A DNA stretch of 63,702 nt, counting the filler, from Parasitella parasitica NRRL 2501 (taxonomy: Eukaryota; Fungi; Mucoromycota): the NCBI GenBank assembly GCA_025201805.1. It is 8 parts of 8 records of this genome, joined end to end, with 100 filler letters (N's around TTAATTAATTAA, not from the genome) between each part and the next. Parts side by side here need not be neighbours in the genome. Positions count along the whole stretch, not along the records: positions 1 to 14,418 come from MU619281.1; positions 14,519 to 34,462 come from MU619360.1; 6 more parts are not named here. One strand, given 5' to 3'. The position numbers were made by a program, and so were the translations under genes. Numbering within the stretch: position 1 is the stretch's first letter; each line of letters begins with the position of its first letter. Below the pieces are notes generated by a model. It saw only the letters and a program-made list of their open reading frames with translations. It was not told the origin of the DNA and made no database searches. Below, in pieces: positions 13,445 to 24,434 of the stretch.

Positions 13445-13885
13445 ATAGTTGGGCTGATGACCTGGAACTGGTAGGTCGAGGGATTTATCCAATGATAATT
13501 TACTTTAATCATTCATGCGACACAGGCGAAAATTTAGGATGTTTATTAATATAAAATAAAGAATTAATAAAGCAAATGCTATATTGCATTCGATCTTTTG
13601 ATCATTATTGCAAGCATTGGGAAACAAAAAAGCTGGGATCAGGATTCATGCGACACAAATACTGCTAAATTCAGGAAAGGAAGACGCATGAAATTTGTTA
13701 CAAGACGGGTAAAGTAATCTCCAACGGAGATGCTAATTTTACAAAATTTCCAAAAGAAAATTGGTGAGAGGGTGATACTTTCTTTTATTTTTTGGACAAT
13801 TTTACTCACCTGTAATGATGTATGGGATAAACCGAATACCCATGGCGTATCAAAGAGTAATATCAATGACACACAATGCTTGCAA
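13445..13885 (-). ncRNA. Candidate Fanzor omegaRNA / structured right end
   Basis: A perfect 12-bp stem (13874-13885 with 13608-13619) starts at the base after the stop codon. Several internal hairpins. Boundaries uncertain. Confidence 0.55.
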
Positions 13886-14418
13886 TTATTCTTTCGATTC
13901 AGAACGCTGGAATGGTGGAAGACGAGCGTCATTGTTTCTTGCTGCATGTAAAAATATGTTGAGGATGTTTTTTGCAGCCATTATATCGCGATTCCAAATA
14001 ATATTATAAGCGGTTTCGTGACACTGTAATACAGAATGTACTCTTCGCTTTGCTGATCGTTGCACAACGTTTTCAACATTTCTTTTTTTGCAGTTGTTGC
14101 AGACTTGACTGGTGAGGTATTTGTCTACCATTTGGACTGTAACACCACGATTTTCTTTACATTTTTGAAGAGCTTTTATGATAGTCTTTGTAGGTCCAGA
14201 TCTTTTGTCTCTCATGGTAGGTGAAAATCTTCCATCTCCATAGGCAATGATGGTTCTATTTGCCTTAACTGATCCATCAAGTGGTGGAGGGCGGGAGTAA
14301 GAATTGTTGTTTCTCGCTGTTGTCTTCACATTGGTGGACGCACCCGTACGATATTTATTGCTATCATGAGTAAACATCTTGACTATTTCGCTGAAGGCTT
14401 TTTGCTTCTTTCTATAAC
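13886..14418 (-). mobile_element. Fanzor (eukaryotic TnpB-like RuvC nuclease), C-terminal part, truncated by contig end
   Basis: IIAYGDGRF, VDKYLTSQVCNNC (RuvC-II plus Zn ribbon), VHSVLQC and IWNRDIMAAKNI (RuvC-III). The frame is open to the linker. Confidence 0.88.
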
Positions 14419-14518
14419 NNNNNNNNNNNNNNNNNNNNNNNNNNNNNNNNNNNNNNNNNNNNTTAATTAATTAANNNNNNNNNNNNNNNNNNNNNNNNNN
14501 NNNNNNNNNNNNNNNNNN
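14419..14518. other. Artificial contig linker (N44-TTAATTAATTAA-N44). Also at 34463-34562, 42882-42981, 47238-47337, 57308-57407, 59067-59166 and 62349-62448
   Basis: Identical 100-bp structure seven times, with stop codons in all six frames. Confidence 0.97.
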
Positions 14519-14849
14519 ATCATGCTTTTTTTTTCTTTTTTGGTAAGAGCACCCATTTTGGCATTGGGTATAACAATAATAGAAAAACAAGATAACATAT
14601 TCAATTCATTTTTAGACCTGAGCAGAATTATCTCAGCTATTACTTAAAGGCCTTGTTAGCCAAGTAAAAATTGTACACAAGTAAATTTTGGCTTTGGCAC
14701 TTAGATCATAAAGTACCAGAATATGATACAAGTTCTATAAAGGGTTGCTGTTTTCAGGGCTGCGCCCTTAAATTGAACCAAGAAAAAAAACCCTTTGAAT
14801 CTGTTCGGTATAGTTCCACAGTTCTGTTCGTGTCTCGTATTCTCTTATG

Positions 14850-14960
14850 TGTCCCATTTTCCACTTTCATATTAACGTCCCATTTTCGTATTCGTGGCCC
14901 ACTTTCCTATTAGTAGCCCATTTTTGTATTCGTGACCCATTTTTGTAATCGTGTCCCAAA
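14850..14960. repeat. Short tandem repeats of about 20 bp (cccatttt(c/t)gtattcgtg), probably DNA-transposon subterminal repeats
   Basis: About five degenerate units visible. Confidence 0.55.
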
Positions 14961-15099
14961 TGACCAAAATTTATTTTCATTGGCCCAACCTAGTTTCGTC
15001 AACTGTAATACTTTGTTTATTTGAGTTATTTGGGTCAAACGCCTTGACTGATCCGGATGCGGACATGATCACTCATTACAGCTTGAAGTAATAAATCCC

Positions 15100-15600
15100 T
15101 TGCTTCCGAAAGAACAGCTTCTGGTTTCTTTTCGTAAAGGTCACAGGGAAAATCGGTACCGTATGTGGCAGTTCAAGTTTTGTGTACCACTTAATTCAAA
15201 GTTTTCTTGAACCAGGCAAACGCTTCTCTTCATCGTTTCTATAGAGCTTCAAAAATACGTGTAATTAATCCTGTCTTCTGGCAGAAATCCCTGTTTCAAT
15301 AACATGTCCAAGAAGCTTGTATTTGCTTAGGAGTATATGATCGATAAAACCCTCGAGTCTTTATAGCAGACACTTTAACAGATGATATTTTTGATCTGGT
15401 GTCTTCGTTTTCTTTAGTACATATATTTAATGTTTCACTTCTTATAAAAATATTTTGGCGGAAGCCTTCATAGCTACTTAAATCCATAAATTTTTTAATG
15501 TCGAGTTCCGTTTACCTTCTTACTTACAGTATCTCTGGTGTCGTATAAATCATGCTGAACGGTTTCAATTTCCATAGGTTCAGACTCAGGAATCTCGTCT
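15100..15600 (-). pseudogene. Decayed Tc1/IS630-type transposase N-terminus
   Basis: EPMEIE and GFYRSYTPKQIQ resemble the N-terminal region of the 6462 transposase. Many disablements. Confidence 0.45.
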
Positions 15601-15777
15601 ATTACGTTGAAACAATGCATGTACTACTCATTTAAGGATGACTACGGGTCGTTATTCCTTTTTCATTTTTTTTACCTTTTTTATTAAAAAATGGGAGATA
15701 TTACAGATGGCTTTGCTGTTAGTATTATCATTTTGTAGCAAATTCAAGAATTACAAATTAATAGGAGGTTCATGTAG

Positions 15778-18489
15778 ATGATAAACGATCCCCGTGTTTC
15801 AACAAACTCTCCAACCTGTACAGATAAGAATGGAAAAGAGCAGACACCAGTAAAGCTCTTATATTCAAAATCAAAGGTCTACGTTCACCCTTCGAGCAAT
15901 GCGAATGACTTTATCCCAGGCTTCATGTCAATTGTTGAAAAGGTACTTGCTTGAGTTTGTTATGTTTATAGGCCATAACATTAATTCTAGTCCCAACAGA
16001 CGCAAAACGAATTTCTAGTCGCATGGACTCCGGAAGCATTGATTCCATCCAAGGATATCGATGCTTTTGTTAGAGTAGATGTGAATCCTAACGATACAAA
16101 TCAAGTTGAATGTAAGTATATGAATATGTTAAAGGAAAAAGGTATACTCAAGAGCACAGTAGCTTCGATAATGGTTCCTTCCGAAGCCCAAGAATACACA
16201 CTCTACGCAATTTCTGCACCAATCGATACAATTCATTCGCTTCTAATAAGAGCCCCCTCTTTTTCAAAATGGTACGGTAGCATAGTCATCAATTTCAATA
16301 ATGGTCATTCCTCAGGGCCTTTCTGGTTCCATGATGATGAGAGTAAAAGTACAATGCTTCAAAAGAACACTCAAGGTGGAAAGTTCACATCCAAAGATGA
16401 CGCTCAAGTTAGATGGGGTGGCGATGAGTTTGTTGAACGATTAGGACAGCTCATCACTGTGATCAGGTTAGCTGCAACGAATAAGCGTACACTCACATAC
16501 GTATTAACTTGCATTTTCTGCCAAAGGTCAAATGATACGGATAACCTGTACTTGGTTGGTAAGGTCGCAGTCAACAAACGATTATTGTTAAGACCAGGTG
16601 ATTCTTCATCAACATCACCAAAAAGTAACGTCTTTGAGTCAACACAAATGGATCCTTTTGTTGCTGTAAGTTTTTCAAAAAAAAAAAAATCTGTGGCTCT
16701 CTATCATAACGCTTGTGTTGTCTAGTCATTGAAAGAAGCTCGGTGGAGCATCCTGGAAAAATTATCTCGAGTAACCAAGTTTTCGAGAGATGCTGCTGTC
16801 GGTTTTCTCAGTAATCCAGCGTCTAAACCATTAATGCCATTATTTCCGCCTAGTGTACAAGAAATGTGCAATAACGAAACAATCAAGCAGACGATTGATG
16901 ATTATGATTCAGCTCGAATATTCTTAGCAAAGTGGGCTGCTGGACTAGCTGCTCAATCAGAGAACTCTACTCCTCGGGAGAGAAAATATCGAAATGTTGG
17001 TGTTTGGGGCCATGATGGCTGGGAAGAAGATACTGCGTTGGGAGTATTTGAGATTTTGAATGTAAATGTTGCTTTTTTTATATGTAAACATTTGGTTTCT
17101 AACGATAGCTTTGATGTATTTATACAGTCTGAAAGCGATTTTTCGATCCCTACGCATACAAGGACAGGGCCTGTTACTGAAACAGAATGGGCCTCTTATT
17201 TTGATAGTGATGGTAAATTGAGTGTAGGTGAATCAGCTATCAGAAAGAGTATATTTTGTGGAGGACTTGAACATAATGTGCGCAAAGAAGCTTGGTTATT
17301 CTTGAATGGCGTTTATCCTTGGAGCTCTACAACTATTGAACGTGAGCAAATTAATAAGAAGAAAAGGTATGCAAACCGAATACTTGTATATGCATAAATC
17401 AATGCTAATGTGCGACATTAACATTATTCAGAAAAGAGTATGAGCAATTGAGAAATAAATGGTTTCAAGATCAGGTATACAAGGAGACGGATAGATTCAA
17501 AGATCAGAAGCACAGAATAGGTATGGTTATCGATGCATTCTGTCATTAGCAAAAACTTACCTTTATCATTCAAAACAGATAAAGATGTTCATCGCACTGA
17601 TCGTACTGTAGATATTTATGCAGCTGAAAATATGCCGAATCCAGATCCATTCATGCATGTTGGCACGAACGAACATTTGGAGATTCTAAAGAGTATTCTT
17701 TGCACATACAATGTATATAATACAGAATTAGGCTATGTGCAAGGCATGTCTGACCTGTTATCTCCCCTTTACGCCGTCATTGGTGAGGAACCTCTGTCAT
17801 TCTGGGCATTTGCTGGTTTTATGGAACGCATGGTAAGACGAATAAATCAAAATAGGTGGACCTTAATATCTCTGATCAGTTTCGTCTTTACTTAAAAGAA
17901 GTCCAATTTCTACACTGATCAGTCTGGCATGCATAAGCAATTACTAACCATGGATCTACTGCTCCAATTTATGGATCCATCTTTGTACAAACACTTACAG
18001 AAGACAGACAGCACCAATTTCTTTTTCTGCTTTAGATGGCTGTTGGTTTGGTACAAGCGAGAATTTCCTTGGACGGACATGCTTTCCTTGTGGGAAGTAT
18101 TCTGGACAGATTATTTGTCTGACAAATTTCACTTATTCATTGCGCTGTCCATCTTGGATCAACATCGTGATGTAATCATCGAGTATTTAAAGAATTTTGA
18201 TGAAATACTAAAGTATACCAACGATTTATCCATGACAATCAATCTTGAGGAAACTCTGCAGAGAGCCGAGATACTTTATTATCAGTTCAAACAACGTGTA
18301 GAAGCTGTTGATAACAAAAAGGAGCAGTTGCAAGCCTCTCTCTCCGCTAAATCTGGCCTGACTGAAATGCAGAAATCTGACGCCAAAGGAGATCTGGACC
18401 GATTACCTTTAATCAATGAGTTGCTGCGAGAAATTCTTTATTCTTCTTATGCCGAAAACGCTGCAAACAACGAAAAGCATATCGAATAA
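15778..18489 (+). CDS. GYP7: Rab GTPase-activating protein Gyp7 (TBC1D15/17-like), multi-exon
   Basis: VKLLYSKSKVYVHPS, WGGDEF, KDVHRTDR, LGYVQGMSDLLSP and FCFRWLLVWYKREF. Confidence 0.92.
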
Positions 18490-18522
18490 TCAGACGTTAA
18501 TACCTCTATGTAATAAATATTC

Positions 18523-18780
18523 TTAATCTTTTGTCAATTTGTTTTTATTAAATATTCCCATTGTGGCTAAAAACTGTGTAGTTGCGATAATTTCCACTCC
18601 CAACGCATCTGCTGCTAATTTAATCACCTTGGGAAGTACCTCCAGTGCTGCTTCAGCATTCAAAAATGTAAGGTAAGTGCGGCGGGCTATCAAATCCACT
18701 GCTTTGCAAGCGTATTCCTCATATGCTGCAAAGCGGACTTCGGCTTGAATAATGGATAGTTTGGCGAAATACGGTTACAA
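18523..18780 (-). pseudogene. Fragment of the mitochondrial FAD glycerol-3-phosphate dehydrogenase (Gut2) C-terminus
   Basis: Manual translation: RISPNYP(frameshift)IIQAEVRFAAYEEYACKAVDLIARRTYLTFLNAEAALEVLPKVI...FLATMG. No start codon. Confidence 0.7.
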
Positions 18781-19021
18781 CATTTACATAACCAGTAAAT
18801 TATACATAGATATACAAATTCGGGTGCTCTTGATTATGCGTGAGATATATGAATTTAGTGAGAATTAAGCTCAGGGCTTCATTGACCATTGTAACTCGTC
18901 ATGAAATGAAGCATGAATCCTTAGTGTAAGCTGTCAAAACGCACGACTTTAAAAAACGTCACTAGAACCAAATTTTTTTTGAAAGCTTACGATCCTTTTC
19001 AGATTTTACACCAAGAAAACC

Positions 19022-20264
19022 ATGGAAAACGCCCAAGAGCAAGATTCGAAGAAACAAAAGATCGAGCAAGAGCCCAAGGAAGCTCACGAAGCTGATTTTG
19101 TCCAAAATCAAGAGCAAGAAGAGGAGTCTAGCAATGTTGTATACGATGAAGATGACATGAAATTAGGATATGAACTCATTGCTGCTGTCATCGCTAATAA
19201 TCTTGTAAGTAATCTTTTTGCCATTATAGGACAATCAGTGATAAACTCAAGCTATAGGAAGAATGCAAAGCACTCTTAGAGAAAGATGTCGATCTCTGCT
19301 TCAGTGGTGATGATCTTGGACGTACCCCACTTCACCATGCCGCCGAGCATGGGCACATGGATATCGTCGAATGGCTACTTTCACAAAAGCATCCTTACAA
19401 TTTGACGGACAAGAATGATGTTACTGCCGGCGAACTTGCTCTAAACAACAAGCACACTAAAGTATATGAGCGTCTTGTGGAGGAAGGTGTTAGAACTGAG
19501 CTCTTGATTCGTGCCTTAAAAAAGGCATTTGGAGAGGATGACCAAGATGAAGCTAGGAAGATTGCCAACGAAGCATATCTCAATCAAAAATTACATTACG
19601 ATGATAACAAATTGCTAGATGAAAACAACGACGGGGTCATGATGGGATGGGAGCTGTAAGTTTTTTTAATCATTGTCAATCATATGCATACTTATCTCGC
19701 TGTTGAAACTGTAGACCGCTTATGGTCGAGCATGCCAAGATGATGTGTCCTAAAGAAGGATTGAATGTGATCAATGTTGGCTTTGGTTTAGGCTTAATTG
19801 ATACCGAACTTCAGAAATACAAGCCCAAAAACCATTACATTATCGAGGCACATCCTGATGTCTATGCTCATATGTTGGAATTGGGCTGGGATAAGAAGCC
19901 TGGTGTCAAGATTTTGTTTGGTCGCTGGCAGGATATGGTAGCTCAGCTAGATATCTTGTTTGATGGTATATTCTTCGATACATACGGCGAATTTTACGAT
20001 GATTTGCGTTGTTTCCATGACTGTGTACCAAACATGTTGAATGAAAATGGCATTTATACCTGGTTTAATGGCCTCGGTGCAACCAACCAATTTTTCCAAG
20101 ATATCTACTGCACAGTTTCAGAGATTGATTTGCGTGAATTTGGCCTTAGCACTGAATATGTGGAAATGCCCATCTCGACTTGGGCAGAGCAAGGTGTCTG
20201 GGATGGTGTACGCCAAAAATATTGGGTTTTAGATACATACAAGCTTCCTATTTGTAAATTTTAG
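19022..20264 (+). CDS. RMT2: Protein arginine N-methyltransferase 2 (ankyrin plus SAM-MTase)
   Basis: GRTPLHHAAEHGH ankyrin, GVMMGWE, INVGFGLGLID, IIEAHPDV and FDGIFFDTYGE. Confidence 0.9.
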
Positions 20265-20390
20265 AGCAATAAATTATTACTACAAACATTAAAGCGTATA
20301 AAACGTGAATAGTTGGCCTTTTCTTTTTTTTCTTTTTTAATATATTTCAGAATGATTTCTCGAAAAAACAAATAAAAAATAGAAAACTAA

Positions 20391-21217
20391 TTAAGCAATG
20401 AGTTCGACAACACCACCAGCTTCCTTGATCTTCTTCTCAGCGAGGCGAGAGACAAAGCGAGTACGGACAATGACAGGTTGAGAGATGGTACCCTTGGCCA
20501 AAACCTTACCATAACCCTATACATGACACAAAATTGCATTTGAATATCGACATATTTTTTTTTCAATCTTCAACCCAAACTTTACCTTTTGGAGAGCATC
20601 AATAACAGGAACCTTCTCAGTATTCTTGTATTGCTCACGAACACCTTCACTAGCAAGAGTCCAGATCTTGTCAAGATTGACAATGGGGCGCCAGTTGACG
20701 TTGTTCTTCAAGTGGAAGTGGCGCATACCAACCTTACCAAAGTAACCGGGATGGTACTTATCCATATTGATACGATGATGATGTTGACCACCAGCAAGAC
20801 CACGACCACCAGGATGCTTTCTGTGCTTACCGACACGACCGTGACCGGCTGAGACGTGTCCACGCTTCTTTCTGTTGTGGTGAAGTCTGGTAGGCTGTAA
20901 TGATATAGAAAAATTTGATTAACACATGAATTTCCAACTATAAACCGAGAAAATGATGACGGCGGCAAAGGAGGGATATTACTTGCAAAAAATTTTGATG
21001 AAAAGAGTTGTGCCAACTCCTAGGAAAGTGTATCTCATCACAAAACTCTTTGCAATGCAGATGCTCATCCAAATTAGATGATCAGCTTCTTCCAACCGAG
21101 AAAGAATCAATCCATCCATCCATATAAATATTCATCGATCCATCGAATTTTTTTTGGTCAATATCCTCTTTCTCGCATTCACAATCATCATTTACACAGT
21201 GTATGGTCACTCACCAT
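20391..21217 (-). CDS. RPL28: 60S ribosomal protein uL15 (L27a / yeast L28)
   Basis: ATG|intron|[50 protein letters not shown] and [13 protein letters not shown]. Confidence 0.95.
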
Positions 21218-21806
21218 TTCAGATAAAAAGAGAAAGATTGGCTATAGTGATGTTTCTATCGACCTGATCAGTTTGAGCTATGAAAACTCCGCGATGTTCT
21301 TCTAGTGGTAACTATAGAAACAGGCCCCGTTTGACAGGCAAGATGATTGTCACAGACCTTCCCGGACAAATCAACCGGATAAATGGTATAGCTTGATACA
21401 AAACACCTAAAGTTATCTAAACAAGCATAGATACATGAGCCATAGTTGCATTAAAAACAAATTACTCATACGCATACTGTATGTTATCATAGCTTTTCGC
21501 GTCGTATATGATAGTTTTACATTCAAAGCGATGAAGATCGGGTAAGACCCCAACTACGATGTTAAAAGACGTTATAAAGTACATTGATAGTTATATCGAT
21601 TAAAATATAATGGATACTGGTACGATTCACTGATATTTAATTCACAAATCTAAGTTTCAGTGTTGAACCATTACTCAATTGCTTTTCTCATTCATGTCAA
21701 ATCTTTGGAGCTCAAACCAACACTGTTAATATTGCACGTCACCCGCAACATTTTGCTTACTTACCCAAACGACTATACACAAGTCTTTTTTATCAACAAA
21801 TCCATC

Positions 21807-24434
21807 ATGTCAAATACACCACCACCATCAAATAGTACGCAGGCATCGAATGGCGATTCGCATTTGCAGACTCAACAACAGCAACAGGCCGCCGCTGTTG
21901 CTGCTGCTGCCGCTGCCGCCGCTACAACAGGTTCAGCTACTCATTCACCGGCAGACATTGACAAGATGGTCGCGTCATATCTTCAAAAGAAGGGATATAA
22001 AGCAACAGAAGCTATATTTTTGCGTGAGGCTAATGGCGAAACAATATCCCCTGACGATATCCAAGCAAAATCAAATGAATCAGCCGAAAATTCCACTACT
22101 AACAACAATGCTGACAGAAATACTACCTCAGCACCCACAACAAGCGAAGATCAAGATATGGAAGATACAAATGCATCATCAAATCAAGCATCTGGAGGAG
22201 ACCCCGATATATACGACGTCAGCTACAAAAAACTACGAGAATGGATTGAAAATTCATTAGATTGGTACAAGGTATGATGAACAAGGGAAAGGTTTCTGCT
22301 TGCTATGTTTAATGATGGTGTCTATATATTAGCCTGAATTGCGGTCTGTATTGTTTCCCATTTTTGTTCATTCATATTTGGATCTTGTCAGTAAAAGCTT
22401 GCCTGAAAAAGCTAAAGAATTCATGGACACTTGCAAAAGCGATCATGTTGAATTGCACACACCAGATTTGAACACCTTGGAAACTGTAACTGAAATCCAA
22501 CATATTCGCGAAAATGAACTGGCTCAGATGTATAGAAGCAACAAGTACAATTTGCGAATGTCTGGTGTACCCTTTGAATTATTTTTGAATTATTTGCAAG
22601 ATAATAAATTCATGTTATTACTAAGAATTGTCAATCAATATCTCAATATTCAAGGTAAGATTTTTATACATCATTTGAGCCAAAATACTAATAACAATTT
22701 TTTCTCCCTGTACAGTGGTGCATGGTAAATTATTGAAATCTGCAGGCGGATTAGAGATGGATGATGTGATTGGGATCACAGGACATCAGACTCAACAAAT
22801 TGAAGAATTTAATAAACAACCCGTACAACTTGGCCCAAGTCAACTGGATCAGTCATTCAGAGATGAAGTAGAGCAAACAATTAAAGAGCAAGAGGGAACC
22901 AGGAACGAAGAAGGCGAAAATACTAGTAACGACTATATTCCTTTGCTCGATACATTTAAAAAGACCATTCAAGAAACCACAACGGATGGGCCCAATTTTG
23001 GCGATATACCACTTCCACCATAGTAAGTCCGTGCTCATTCTATTGACTCGTAGTCGTGCTCACCCCTTTTTGTAGTAGAGGCACAGATATTATTGCTGAA
23101 ATCGATTCTTTAAAGAACTTGAATCATCGTATCCCATTAAATGAGTCATCTTTACCAAGCATTTGCTGTTATACATTTCATAACACTCATGACAGGTAAT
23201 ATTCTCGGAAATATGTCACTCTGTAATCGTTCTTTACATCTACAAATTGAATAGTCTTAATTGCATAACTACAACCCGGGATGCAACGTTGATAGCTGGT
23301 GGTTTCTCGGAATCATTCGTCAAAATCTGGAGTTTGAAAGGCGAAAAGTTGAAATCGCTTCGAAACACGATTAATCCTGCTCATGTCAATGATTGTAAGT
23401 AGGAGATATATATCATTAAAAACTAGCGTTTGACATGTCAATTTTAGATAACGATTTAAATCGGCAAAAGGAAAGACATGGATCAGAGTTTAAAAAACTA
23501 ATTGGACATTCAGGACCTGTATACGGCCTCAGCTTCAGTCGTGATAACAAGTACCTAGTCTCTTGTTCAGGTGATAAAACAGCGAGGTTGTGGAGCACAC
23601 AAACCTTTTCAAACCTAGTTGTATACAAAGGTCATAATAGTCCAGTCTGGGATGTTGATTTTGGGCCCTATGGATTCTATTTTGCAACTGCTTCGCATGA
23701 TCGAACTGCTCGTATTTGGAGCTGCGATCATATAAACCCTTTAAGAATCTTCACAGGCCATTTATCTGATGTGGATGTAAAGTATTATCCGTATAAAGCA
23801 TCTAATCAAAACTAACATTCCTGCAGACTGTCAAATTCCACCCCAATTCCAAATATATTGTTACTGGTTCTAGTGATCGTACTTCGCGTATGTGGGATGT
23901 GCAAACAGGCGCTTGTGTTCGTATGTTTACAGGCCACACTGGCTCCATCAAGACAGTCGCTGTTTCTGCCAATGGTCGGTTAATGGCTTCTGCTGGTGAA
24001 GATAAATCTATCATGCTTTGGGATATTGCATCTGGAAAACGTATCAAGAAATTAACTGGACATACAGGATTTATTTATTCTCTCAATTTTAGTGCGGATA
24101 GTGGAGTATTGGTGTCTGGTGGCGCTGATAGTACTGTTTGTGTATGGGATGTTAACACTGATAATACAACTGCTATGGTATCGTACATGGAGACAGATAC
24201 TAACGACGCAAAACGAGCAAAATTAGATGATGATTGGAAACGAAGGGCTGTTCCTGGAAGGTTAGTAGTATTCAAATTTTCTAACCTAGACTTGCTAACT
24301 TTTTGTTGAATAGCCGTGAACGACTTGCAGTATTTCCTACTAAACAAACTCCAATTTATGATATTCAATTTACAGACCGTAATTTGTGTGTAGTTGCAGG
24401 CGCGTTTTCACCTCAAAAGGCAACAGACCATTAA
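21807..24434 (+). CDS. TAF5: TFIID subunit 5 (LisH, NTD2, WD40), multi-exon
   Basis: VASYLQKKGY, LREWIENSLDWYK, LFPIFVHSYLDLV, LPSICCYTFHN, LIGHSGPVY and FPTKQTPIY. Confidence 0.93.

Noticed and set aside
14850-14960. Possible CRISPR-like array
   Set aside because: Units are adjacent and degenerate with no spacers, there are no cas genes, and the context is eukaryotic.
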